A stretch of DNA of 64,000 nt from Eledone cirrhosa. Lineage: Eukaryota. A program made the translations under genes and the position numbers. How positions within the stretch are numbered: the first letter of the stretch is position 1; every line of letters starts with the position of its first letter. The notes under the pieces were generated by a model that saw nothing but the letters and a program-made list of their open reading frames with translations, was not told the origin of the DNA and did not search any database. Of the stretch, positions 40,342 through 52,569 are shown one piece after another. The stretch lies in NCBI GenBank assembly GCA_964016885.1, contig OZ024759.1, forward strand, positions 7,130,001 through 7,194,000, written 5' to 3'.

Positions 40342-41232
40342 TCTATATATATAAAACTGAGGATGTCTGTCTCTGTGTGTGTGTGTGAGTTTGGATCTCT
40401 AAAACTCGAGAAGCACCCAACCCACTGTTCAAACTTTCAATGCCCTAGGGACCACATTAAGCGATCTAGCGATCTCTCTCTATAATTATTAGTCTTTCTC
40501 TGTTTAGATAGATACATACATATAACGTCGCACCCTTATAATAGCTGTCTGTATGTCTGGCTGTCTGCATTACATCACTTCCCACAATTCCCTCTGCGTC
40601 CAGACCGCGCCCTTATAATATCTGTCTGTATGTCTGGCTGTCTGCATTATGTCACTTCCCTGAGGATGTCTGTCTGTGAGTTTGAATCCCTAAAACTCGA
40701 GAAGTACCCAACCAACTTTTTTAAAACTTTACATGTGTATTACATATGTTTCAGGGAGTGTTATGCACATAAAAAAATTCAACTTTTTGATCCCCTAGGG
40801 CCCGCATTAGGTGAAAAATTGCGCTTTTTGGGGGTTTTTTGAGGCGTTACATGATACCGATTTCTTTGAAATTGTAACTATGTATTAGTCAGTCTCTTCT
40901 TACCGTAAGCAAAGAAAATCCAACTTTTTGATCCCCTAGGGCCCGCATTAGGTGAAAAACTGCGCTTTTTTCAACTTTTTAAGGCTTCTTTTTAGGCGTT
41001 ACGTCTAGCCGATTTTCCCGAAATTTCAAGGCATATTATGCACATGAAAAAAAATTCATTTTCTTGATCCCCTGCTTCATCGAGGAAAATCTTAAAGATT
41101 ATCCAGCCATCAGAATATTCGGTTTATTTTCTTTACATATTGTCCAGGCATGCAGTTTTTCCACGATTAGGTCTGTTGGCGGCCCGCATTCCAAAATACC
41201 TTGTCCCATGCAACGCCGGGTACCACTGCTAG
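40342..41232 (+). mobile_element. Non-autonomous Helitron
   Basis: A|TCTATATATATAAAACTGAGGATG ... CCCATGCAACGCCGGGTACCACTGCTAG|T; internal duplications. Confidence 0.88.
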
Positions 41233-41585
41233 TATATTATATAAACATACATATATATATTTATATATTATATAAACATACATATATATATTTATATACT
41301 TGTAGAAATAGAAGCTTTTGTTGTATTTTTGAATTAAAGAAAGTTTAGAACCTTCTGATAGTGGGGTTTAGAACCCTCTGAAAATGGAAAAGGATGAGTA
41401 TTACGTCAATACTCATCTTTTTCTATTTTCAGAGGGTTCTAAACCCCACTATCAGGCTAAAATTTCTTTAATTCAAAAATACAACAAAAGCTTCTATTTC
41501 TACTAATTTTCAAACTTCACTCTCTGTTTTAAAACAAACTTGCTTTATATTTATATACACATATATATATATATATCATGTTTAA

Positions 41586-44178
41586 CCCTTTAGCATATAA
41601 ACCGGATATATCCGGCCAGAATTCTCTCACCTCTTCCTGTTTAAACTGGCTGTAACCTGCCACTCATACTTATGTTAAGGTATTGTACTCAAAATAAATA
41701 ATATCAAAATCTCATAGATTCGATATTATGTGAGGTAAAGCCTTTACTGTGAAAATACAATAGTATATATAGAGTAATGTAAATGTTATGTGAGATATTA
41801 TGTGAGGTAAAGCCTTTACTGTGAAAATACAATAGTATATATAGAGTAATGTAAATGTTATGTGAGGTAAAGCCTTTACTGTGACAATACAATAGTATAT
41901 ATAGAGTAATGTAAATGTTATGTGAGATATTATGTGAGGTAAAGCCTTTACTGTGACAATACAATAGTATATATAGAGTAATGTAAATGTTATGTGAGGT
42001 ATTATTAGAGGTAAAGCCTTTACTGTGAAAATACAATAGTATATATAGAGTAATGTAAATGTTATGTGAGGTAAAGCCTTTACTGTGAAAATACAATAGT
42101 ATATATAGAGTAATGTAAATGTTGTGAGATATTATGTGAGGTAAAGCCTTTACTGTGAAAATACAATAGTATATATAGAGTAATGTAAATGTTATGTTAG
42201 ATATGTGAGGTAAAGCCTTTACTGTGAAAATACAATAGTATATATAGAGTAATGTAAATGTTATGTGAGGTATTATTAGAGGTAAAGCCTTTACTGTGAA
42301 AATACAATAGTATATATAGAGTAATGTAAATGTTATGTGAGATATTATGTGAGGTAAAGCCTTTACTATGAAAATACAATAGTATATATAGAGTAATGTA
42401 AATGTTATGTGAGGTATTATTAGAGGTAAAGCCTTTACTGTGAAAATACAATAGTATATATAGAGTAATGTAAATGTTATGTGAGATATTATGTGAGGTA
42501 AAGCCTTTACTGTGAAAATACAATAGTATATATAGAGTAATGTAAATGGTATGTGAGATATTATGTGAGGTAAAGCCTTTACTGTGACAATACAATAGTA
42601 TATATAGAGTAATGCAAATGTTATGTGAGATAGTATGTGAGGTAAAGCCTTTACTGTGAAAATACAATAGTATATATAGAGTAATGTAAATGTTATGTTA
42701 GATATGTGAGGTAAAGCCTTTACTGTGAAAATACAATAGTATATATAGAGTAATGTAAATGTTATGTGAGGTATTATTAGAGGTAAAGCCTTTACTGTGA
42801 AAATACAATAGTATATATAGAGTAATGTAAATGTTATGTGAGATATTATGTGAGGTAAAGCCTTTACTGTGAAAATACAATAGTATATATAGAGTAATGT
42901 AAATGGTATGTGAGATATTATGTGAGGTAAAGCCTTTACTGTGACAATACAATAGTATATATAGAGTAATGCAAATGTTATGTGAGATAGTATGTGAGGT
43001 AAAGCCTTTACTGTGAAAATACAATAGTATATATAGAGTAATGTAAATGTTATGTGAGATATTATGTGAGGTAAAGCCTTTACTGTGAAAATACAATAGT
43101 ATATATAGAGTAATGTAAATGTTATGTGAGGTATTATTAGAGGTAAAGCCTTTACTGTGAAAATACAATACTATATATAGAGTAATGTAAATGGTATGTG
43201 AGGTAAAGCCTTTACTGTGACAATACAATAGTATATATAGAGTAATGTAAATGTTATGTGAGGTAAAGCCTTTACTGTGAAAATACAATAGTATATATAG
43301 AGTAATGTAAATGTTATGTGAGGTATTATTAGAGGTAAAGCCTTTACTGTGACAATACAATAGTATATATAGAGTAATGTAAATGTTATGTGAGATATTA
43401 TGTGAGGTAAAGCCTTTACTGTGACAATACAATAGTATATATAGAGTAATGTAAATGTTATGTGAGATATTATGTGAGGTAAAGTCTTTACTGTGACAAT
43501 ACAATAGTATATATAGAGTAATGTAAATGTTATGTGAGATATTATGTGAGGTAAAGCCTTTACTGTGACAATACAATAGTATATATAGAGTAATGTAAAT
43601 GTTATGTGAGGTATTATGTGAGGTAAAGCCTTTACTGTGACAATACAATAGTATATATAGAGTAATGTAAATGTTATGTGAGGTATTATGTGAGGTAAAG
43701 CCTTTACTGTGAAAATACAATAGTATATATAGAGTAATGTAAATGTTATGTGAGATATTATGTGAGGTAAAGCCTTTACTGTGAAAATACAATAGTATAT
43801 ATAGAGTAATGTAAATGTTATGTGAGGTATTATGTGAGGTAAAGCCTTTACTGTGACAATACAATAGTATATATAGAGTAATGTAAATGTTATGTGAGGT
43901 ATTATGTGAGGTAAAGCCTTTACTGTGACAATACAATAGTATATATAGAGTAATGTAAATGTTATGTGAGGTATTATGTGAGGTAAAGCCTTTACTGTGA
44001 AAATATAATAGTATATATAGAGTAATGTAAATGTTATGTGAGGTATTATGTGAGGTAAAGCCTTTACTGTGACAATACAATAGTATATATAGAGTAATGT
44101 AAATGTTATGTGAGGTAAAGCCTTTACTGTGAAAATACAATAGTATATATAGAGTAATGTAAATGTTAAAGATTTAAT
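41586..44178. repeat. piggyBac MITE with internal 60/72-bp satellite (41725-44165)
   Basis: Starts TTAA|CCCTTTAGCAT; unit AGGTAAAGCCTTTACTGTGAAAATACAATAGTATATATAGAGTAATGTAAATGTTATGTG, with or without a 12-mer; ends with degenerate terminus AAATGTTAAAGATTTAA. Confidence 0.9.
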
Positions 44179-44415
44179 ATAGAAATAACTTCTACAGGAC
44201 TAGAACTGTTTCATTCAAAAGAAATCATCAGGAAAGCTTTCCTGATGATTTCTTTATATATATGTATGTCTCTGCTATTTACCCTTCTCACTCACCATTA
44301 CTCTCTTTCTCACCCTTACCTAACACCCAACATGTCTCTACACTTAATACTCTCTCATTCTCTTCTTTCTTTTCCTCCCTTCTAAATGTTTTCTATATTT
44401 CTCCCCTCAACTCAG

Positions 44416-44471
44416 GATATGGATTTCACCCCTCAACCCTACACACACCGAAGATATATAGGCCCTCAAGT
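44416..44471 (+). CDS. BECN1: Beclin-1 coding exon 3 (DMDFTPQPYTHRRYIGPQ-V)
   Basis: ctcag acceptor after a pyrimidine tract, GT|gtaagt donor; phases 0 to 2 fit both neighbours; RRYIGP resembles RRFIPP of Beclin-1. Confidence 0.8.
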
Positions 44472-44703
44472 GTAAGTCCAATATTTGTTTTAAGGGGTGA
44501 CTGTTTGAATTGAATGTTTACATATCATCATCATTTTACGTCTGCTCTTCCCTGCTTAATCATCATCGATTAACATCCAATTTCCAGGCTAGCATGGGTT
44601 AGACGGGTCCCATTTAGAGGCAAGTTGGGTCAGGTGACTGTCTCGCTCATATAGGATTGTTTCTGGCTGGTTTTCTATGATTGGATGCCCTTCCAAACGC
44701 CAA

Positions 44704-44735
<32 letters not shown>

Positions 44736-44988
44736 GTAAAAAAGCAAAAAACAGTAGTAAATGCTAAAGGGATTTTCTCTCAGAATAACATCAAAACATT
44801 TATTTACAAAATAGCAATTTCCGCTTTATTTTTACCGGTTTCAGCTTGTAGGCTTTTTCGCACGATGGAAGTGTATAATGCAATTTAATTGCATATTAAT
44901 AAGAATAATAAGAACATGGGGGCAAAAATTGTTTTTACATCCATATTTAGGGAGAAAAGTTCACTACTAAACTACAGTCAAATCTTAA

Positions 44989-45890
44989 CCCTTTAGTGTT
45001 CAAACCGGCCACAATTATTTCCCCTTCATTTGTTCAAACCACCCGATACCGCCAATAACACCCACACTAAAATATCATTCTAAAAATAAACAATCCGTCA
45101 TCAAAATCTCGTCAATTCGAGATTACTGCGAGATTAGGCCCTTACCGCAAAAATTAACACTTAATATAGTGAAACAACTTAAAACAACACGTGTTTTTTT
45201 AACGTTGAAAGTAGAACAGATTTTTGTGTATCAACATGGCTTATGAAAGTAGCGATACCGACTTTGAAGGTTTTACACACGACGACATTCAGAATGAACA
45301 AGAAAAAAAAGATAATATTAGTGATTTATCTTCAAATGAATCAGATGTTTACATTTCTGAAATTTCATCCGACGATGATTGTTTTGAAAGTGAAAACGAA
45401 GATCCCCAGGACGCCATTGAAAATATTACAGCAACGTGGTTGAAAAATACCACACCAATATATGTTCCCGATTTTATTCAAAATACTGGTCCACAACACA
45501 CATTAGCTCCCGATACTAAAGCACTGGATTATTTCTTTTTGTTTTTACCACAAACTTTCTTCGAAGTTGTGGCAGAAGTAATTAATTGATATGCCCAACA
45601 ACAGATTTCAAATCAAGGAAAACCCGATCTGTTTGGCGACTGACAGATGCTGCGGAAATGCAAGCATTTTTTACCGTAAATATTATGTTCGGTATAAAAC
45701 AATTTCCAAGACTGTGGAATTACTGGAACACTGATATAAGGTTTAGTGATCCTTATATATCAAGTATTATGCCGAAAACAACGTATTTAAAATTAAACCT
45801 GTATTTGCACCTGGTTGATACTTCAAATGCCCCTATTAATTAATTTCACCTGCCCATAAAAGTCAAATTTGACCAAAAAAATCAGGTAAA
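44989..45890 (+). mobile_element. piggyBac transposon 5' relic with transposase N-terminal pseudogene (45237-45880)
   Basis: TTAA|CCCTTTAG terminus; acidic N-terminus, ALDYFFLFL..VIN*YA, W...D..EMQAFF...I.FGI..FPRLWNYW, ISSIM...YL.L..YLHLVD. Confidence 0.82.
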
Positions 45891-46939
45891 TTTATATAAT
45901 TGTAAATTATTGTGTGTGTGTGTATATATGTGTGTGTGTGTATATGTGGGTGTGTGTATATATATGTGTATGTGTATATGTGTGCGTGTGTGTGTGTGTG
46001 TATATATATATATGTGAATGTGTGTGTATATATAGATATATGTGTGTGTGTATATATGTGTGTATATATGTATATACACACACAAGGAAAACTCTGATAT
46101 AACACCTGCAACCCTGATGGTATCCAATGATGTTGACTTGTTCTTCTTTTTGGTAAATATCATCTTGGTTAAGTGAGTGGGACTGGCTTTGTGCAGTGCC
46201 TTTGCTCACTATAAAAGCTTCACGGCACAGGCATTGTTTTATATCTGGAGATCTCTCTGCACTTGTCGTCACATGGTACCATGGGCCCAGCACTGTGTCA
46301 ATGATTGTCATAAGTGTAGTGTTTGTACCAGAGTTTTCAAGTCGCTGGCTGGACTAAAAAGTCACACTTGTTCAGCGCATCGGTAGAGGTTCTCCTACAT
46401 GGATATAAAGTAGTGGCCGTACTCGAAAACGAGTTGGCAGCCACCATATATGTATATATGTGTGTTTAGATATGTATATATATATGAGTCTCTGTGTGTG
46501 TTGTAGACACCTGACCATTTTTGCAGACCTCACCAATGAAAACCCATTGTTTGCTTGGAATGAATGAACCTTAAAATTTAGGGGTGCCTCTCAATGTGTT
46601 TGTATTTGTCTATAGGTACTTAGCATGAATTTACTTTTGCCTTTGTATCACAATGTATTTTTCACTAAATAGTTTTTTTAAAGAATCCCTATTCTTTAAA
46701 TTCATCAGCCAATGACCTCCACCCATTCCAATCACCACCCTTTCCTACCAGAAGAAAATGTATAAATACCACCATATTACTTGGACAATGGGCTTGCCTG
46801 ATGATTTCTCCTGAATGAAACAGTTCTAGTCCTGTAGACGCCATTTCTATATTAAATATTTATACTCTGCTATATATTGAGTACCTTACTTACTGTGGTT
46901 ACCCCCGATTGAACCCGGGATAAACTTATATATATACGG

Positions 46940-47470
46940 GGCTTCAACAGCAAACGGCCAGAGGAAACAAGCACCACCAAACTCTGGGAGGGCTCTTCAG
47001 AAACAGTAGACAGCTTCTGCTACCTAGGTGACTGAATTAGCAGCGGAGGTGGGTGCTCAGAAAGTACAATAACTAGTGTAAGAACGGGATGGAAGAAGTT
47101 CAGGGAGCTACTGCCACTGCTAGCTGCAAAAGGCTTTTCCCTCAAAATGAAAGGCAGACTGTATGATGCGTGTATACGAACAGCAATGTTGCATGGTAGT
47201 GAGACCTGGGCGCTGTCTGTAGAAGACTTGTGTAGATTGGAAAGAAACGAAGCCTGCATGCTGTGATGGATGTGTAATAAGGGGAATCAAATGATGTGTG
47301 CAGGAGAGGAGATTACGTTGGTATGGACATGTGATGCATATGAAGGATGACAGCTGCATAAAAAGGTGCAGAGCACTAGAAGTCGATGGAAGCCGTGGAG
47401 TAGAGAGACCCAAGAAGACAACCTATGCTAGCGTGGAAGAATGGACGTAAAACGGTGATGATGATATATA
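46940..47470 (+). mobile_element. RTE LINE 3' fragment plus tail (inverted twin at 52780-53295)
   Basis: YLGD..GGCSE..RTGWKKFRELLPLL..LYDACIRTAMLHGSETW. Confidence 0.88.
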
Positions 47471-47647
47471 TATATATATGTATATATACATATGTATATA
47501 TATATATATATATACATATGTATATATATATATGTATGTATATATACGTATGTATATATATATATGTATGTATATATACGTATGTATATATAAGTATGTA
47601 TATATATGTAAGTATATATACGTATGTATATGTATATATATTTGGCA

Positions 47648-47990
47648 TGGAGGCACATGGCTTAGTGGTTAGAGCATTGGCCTTGCAATCGAAAGGTTGT
47701 GAGTTCAATTATCAGACCGGGTGATGTGTTGTTTCCTTGAGCAAGACACTTTATTTCACATTGCTCCAGTTTACTCAGCTGTAGAAATGAGATAATAGGG
47801 ACTGGGCTCCCTATCATTCAACTGCAAAGTGGTCGTGGAGGTGCCACGGCAAAAAAGCACCCAGCCCACACTGTAAATGAGATTGGTGTTAGGAAGGGCA
47901 TCCAGCTGTAGAAATCAAGCCAGAATCAGTTCCCGTCCCACCCTTGCGAGCAGGGAAAGGTGGACGTAAAATGATGATGATGATGATGAT
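47648..47990 (+). mobile_element. SINE family A
   Basis: Full tRNA head, CORE-like domain and tail. Confidence 0.9.
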
Positions 47991-48109
47991 ATATATGTAT
48001 GAGGATGATATACATACGTATGTATACATACATACATATATATATATATATACATACATATATACGTATGTATATATATATATGTATGTATGTATACATA
48101 CGTATGTAT

Positions 48110-49175
48110 ATCATCATTATTTTGCGTCCGCTTTTCCCTGCTTGTAAGGATGGGATGGGTCCTATTCAGCACAGCATCTCTCCACTTGTCACAGTCCTTT
48201 GTCATCTCCACCGTGAGCTTCAGCGATCTGAGGTCTGCTCTCACCACCTCCGCCCATGTTTTACGTGGTCTACCTCTACTGCGTCTTCCTTCAACTGGGA
48301 TTTCTTGGCACTTCTTCATCCGTCGGTCATCCTCCATGCGCATCACATGTCCATACCATCGCAGTCTCCTCTCCTGCACACCACAACTTATCCCTCTTAA
48401 ACACTGTTTCTCTCTCAACTCGTCTATGCTTGGTCATTCACACACATTGACATTGCACATCCAACGGAGCATGCTTGCCTCATTTATCTCCAGCCGTCGC
48501 ATGTCCTCTGCAGTTGCTGCCCATGTCTCACTGCCATGCAGCATCACGCATCTCACACAGGTATCATATAACCAGGGAGAAACCCTTCTTTGTCAACAGA
48601 GGAAGCAGCTCCCTAAACTTCTTCCAATCCATCCTTATTCTAGATACTATGGCCTCAGAACCCCCCCCCCCCCCCTGCTAATCTTATCACCTAGGTACCG
48701 GAAGCTATCAGCCACTTCTATAGAACCCACCTGCATTTGAAAAATGTGTCTATCACTACGATTACTACTGCATACGTAGTTTTCCCTACCTGTTAGTTTG
48801 CCTGCTATCCCACATCTCTTGTGTACCCAAGATCTGTATTGTGTACATTTTATGGAATTTATGCCAGTTCCTTTTCTGTATATTGAACATGGCCATTTCT
48901 CTGATGGAATCAGAGTTTTGTCTTCTTTTCTACTTATCAATACTTTTGTCTTAGCTAAGTTCACTCTCAGTCCTCTTGATTCTAACTGCTGTTTCCATAG
49001 CCAGAATTTATTCTCTAGCTCCTCTACTGATTTTGCTATAAGAACCAGATCATCAGCATAGAGAAGTTCCCATGGGCATCCAGTCTTAAACTCTTCTGTT
49101 GTGGCTTGGAGGACTATAATGAACAAGAGTGGGCTGAGGACCGAACCTTGATGTACACCTACTTGTATCTGGAAT
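48110..49175 (-). mobile_element. RTE LINE 3' fragment
   Basis: QGSVL, LLYADD, RRLRWYGHVMRM..GRPRKTW. Confidence 0.92.
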
Positions 49176-49179
49176 TATA

Positions 49180-50330
49180 TGCGTGACCCAGCTTATGTTG
49201 TTGTCCACAATTACTCACAGGTCTCTGATGTTATTGGATGCCACTAGAGTTTCACCCGAAGGAAGAGAGTATGGGAGTTTCAGGACATCTTTTTTTTCCA
49301 AAGTGGATTAACTTGAACTTATCCTCATTCAGTAGCATATTGTTCTTTTCTGCCCATTGGATAACAGCCAGTATGTCTGACTGAAGGCAAGTCCGGTCAC
49401 CCACGCCATTGATGACCCTTTGGAGCTTGGAATCATCTGCAAAGATTCTTATGTTGCTTTGCTTGATGATGTCAGTAATGTCATTAATGTAGATGATGAA
49501 AAGAAGTGGGCCCAACACAGTGCCTTGTTTGACGCCACTGCTGACTTTGGCAGGGCTTGATTTTACTCCTTTGACTACATGTTGGGTTCTGTCTGTCAGG
49601 AAACACTTGATCCACTGTAGTAACCTTCCAGAGACACCAATGTTGGATAGTTTTTTCAATAGAACCTTATGATCAACCCTGTCGAAGGCCTTGCTGAAAT
49701 CAAGGTAGATGACATCAGTGTTGGAGCCCTCTTCCAAGGCTCTCAAAACATCGTCAAAGTGATGCAGGAGCTGCGTTAGGCAGACCCTTCCATTACGGAA
49801 CCCATGTCGGTTGGAGTACAGCAGGCCATTGCTTTCGAGAAAGTGGGTTATTCGTGATCTCACCACCCTCTCAAATACCTTAATGATATGAGAGGGGAGT
49901 GAGAACGGACGGTAGTTCACTGCCGGGGACTTGTTTCCCTTTTTGAAAACTGGGACAGAAAGTTTTCAGGAATATAGCCAGCATCCAGTGAGTTCCTCCA
50001 CAGATTAGCAAGAGGAGATGCAAGTTGGTGTCGACACACCTTCAGGACACAAGCAGGCAACCTGTCGGGGCCTACTGCTGAATTGTGTTTAATTTTGTTT
50101 ATTGCCGCTAAAACATCAGGGGCGCCAAACGTTATGTCTGATATAGTGTGTTGGGGGTTAACATCACTGATACGGCCCAGATCGGCCATATCAGGATTGC
50201 TGAAAACAGAGCAGTATTGTTTCTGGAGTCTCTCGCCCATGGTTTTGGCATTATCTTGGAGTGTGCCATTTTCATCAACTAGAGGGCCAACAGTGGAGAC
50301 GGTGACCTTGTGTTTTTTCCCAAATGAAAA
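49180..50330 (-). mobile_element. CR1/Jockey-group LINE reverse transcriptase fragment
   Basis: NYRPFSL, HGFR..R.CLTQL, YLDFSKAFDRVDH, SGVKQGTVLGPLLFIIYIND, IFADD. Confidence 0.9.
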
Positions 50331-50364
50331 TGTATGTATATAAGTATATATATATATATATATA

Positions 50365-51220
50365 TATCTTCTTGGTTGTCCATCGTAAACGATGATGACA
50401 TCTTCTTTATTGTCAGACTGGCAACTCCCAGAGGTTACCTCCGCCTCTCGCCCATCGCCGCAGGGCTTTGGGAGTGCACCCTAAAGAAGAAACCTGTGTG
50501 GGAAAGGTTTATAGTGGGAGGGCCAGTGCACAGTGACAGTCCCACTCACTCGGCCGCAGAAGCCAGAATCTGGTGGTACGGAGGACCGTCACGACCAGGG
50601 ACTTCCTTGGATGGCCATGACGTCTGTAGTGCCCTAGCACTCCACACCGCTTGCTGTCACCGCCTTTGTGACTGTTGGGACGATGTTGTCCTCCTCCACT
50701 CACTCCACCGGGTCCAGTCTTCGCATGCAGGGGCAGGCATCCCCTATCTAACTCTCCGGGGGGTTGCAGACCCGTCCGGCTACCCTCAATCTGGTTCGGC
50801 CCTCCAGCCAAGGCGGTTTACCGGGGTGTGGCCACTGTCGCATGCTACAGCTTCTTGGGGCCACAGGTGAGAGCTGAGTGTCAGGTGGGACCCAATGCAG
50901 AACGAGCTGTTCTGAAAAGGGCACCGCTAATCCTCCCTACAGAGGTACATGCCCCTCCCTGACACCCCAGGCATATACACACGCATACGCATACATATGT
51001 ACATGTGTATATACATATTTAGACATTTTTGGATGGCCGTTGACTCTTATCAGTTCTTCCGCCCTTTGTCAGGTTTTGTTTTTTGTCCTGCAGGGTGTCC
51101 AAAATCACCCTCCTCACCAAGTAAACTTGGTGGGGTTGCCAGTTTAGTCGCTGATGACCCGACCATGCGACAGGTTGTACTGGTTTACATGTTAGCAGTA
51201 ACACTCAAGTGACCTGACAT
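50365..51220 (-). mobile_element. GC-rich non-coding retroelement fragments (probable RTE 5' UTR derivatives)
   Basis: GC-rich island between TA tracts; GTGAGTGGGACTG..CACTATAAA shared with 46172-46215; family assignment is inferred. Confidence 0.45.
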
Positions 51221-51591
51221 ATATATATATATATATATATGTATATGTATATATATATATAAGTATATATACATATGTTGTTATACTTTGGGAGGGTCAT
51301 GTTGCCAATAAGAAACACACACACCAGTTGCTTTCACTCCAATTTATTATAAATTAAATTATAAATTTAAAAATTTATAAATTTCCGGTTGGAGTGAAAG
51401 CAACTGGTGCGTGTGTTTCTTATTGGCAACATGACCCTCCCAAAGTATAACAATATCGGTTTCAACACACGATTTCAGATAAAGAATCTTGCTAAACAAA
51501 TTCAGAAACGAAATATATATATATGTATATGTATGTATATATAAGTATATATATATATATATATAATATTAATATTAATATAATATTAATA

Positions 51592-51895
51592 TTAGTCTGT
51601 TGGTTCGAGGGGCACAACTATTCAACTCCATTCCGGTACATGTCAGAAATCTATCAGGATGCAGTGTGGAATCATTCAAATTGCAGCTGGATAGATACTT
51701 AAGCACCATTAGAGATGAACCCCATCTCCCAGGATATACACAACGAGCACAAACTGACTCAAACTCGCTCCTACACATGTCAAAATTAACAGAGAATACA
51801 ACCTGGCAACCACACCAGACTCTGAGGGTGGAGTCTTCGACTTGGCCTGAGCATGGACTCAAACTCAAATGAAATGAAATGAAATGAAATGAAAT
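51592..51895 (+). mobile_element. CR1-like LINE 3' end with (GAAAT)n tail
   Basis: RGAQLFNSIP..VRN....VESFKLQLDRYLSTIRDEP, then 5-mer tail. Confidence 0.8.
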
Positions 51896-52242
51896 AATAT
51901 TAATTCAAAATATTAACAAAATAGATATTCTTGTGATCAATTATATTTTATTATACATATTTCAGAGGTACTGAGTTAAGTTTAACAGTACGTCCTCATC
52001 AGATAAAATAGGATGATGCATGACATACCCTGACATAGTAGATGGTCAAGATTCAGTCTTAACCATCTACTATGTCAGTACCTCTGAAATATGTATAATA
52101 AAATATAATTGATCACAAGAATATCTATTTTGTTAATATTTTGAATTAATATTAATAACTCTGGAAAACCTTTTTTGTTGAGTGCTTCCAATCTATTGTA
52201 AAACTCATTCTTTGATGTATTCATTGAACCTTGTTTAACTTT

Positions 52243-52245
<3 letters not shown>
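51895..52245. mobile_element. Hammerhead-bearing fold-back repeat (HHR 51944-52010, minus strand)
   Basis: tattttat-CTGATGA-ggacgtactg..cagtacctct-GAAA-tatgTAta-ataaaata; inverted arms 51895-51972 / 52076-52156. Confidence 0.75.
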
Positions 52246-52290
<45 letters not shown>

Positions 52291-52569
52291 GTGTCTTGCT
52301 CAAGGAAACAACACTTTATTTCACATTGCTCCAGTTCACTCAGCTGTATATATATATATATATATATATATACAGCTGAGTGAACTGGAGCAATGTGAAA
52401 TAAAGTGTTGTTTCCTTGAGCAAGACACTTTATTTCACATTACTCCAGTTCACTCAGCTGTAGAAATGAGATGATATGGACTGGGGTCCCTATCATTCCA
52501 CTGCAAAGTGGTCATGGAGGTATGGACTGGGTGCTTTTTTGTCATGACACCTACACTGTCCACTTTACA

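Noticed and set aside
41704-44140. 480-aa and other repetitive ORFs (YFHSKGFTSHN..)
   Set aside because: Translation of the MITE-derived 60/72-bp satellite
51094-51120. Possible extra Beclin-1 exon (ttgtcctgcag..gtaaac)
   Set aside because: Lies in a repeat; phase does not fit; exon 44416-44471 already bridges the phases
50365-51220. HDV-like ribozyme in a putative RTE 5' UTR
   Set aside because: Could not assign the nested double pseudoknot by eye; needs a motif search
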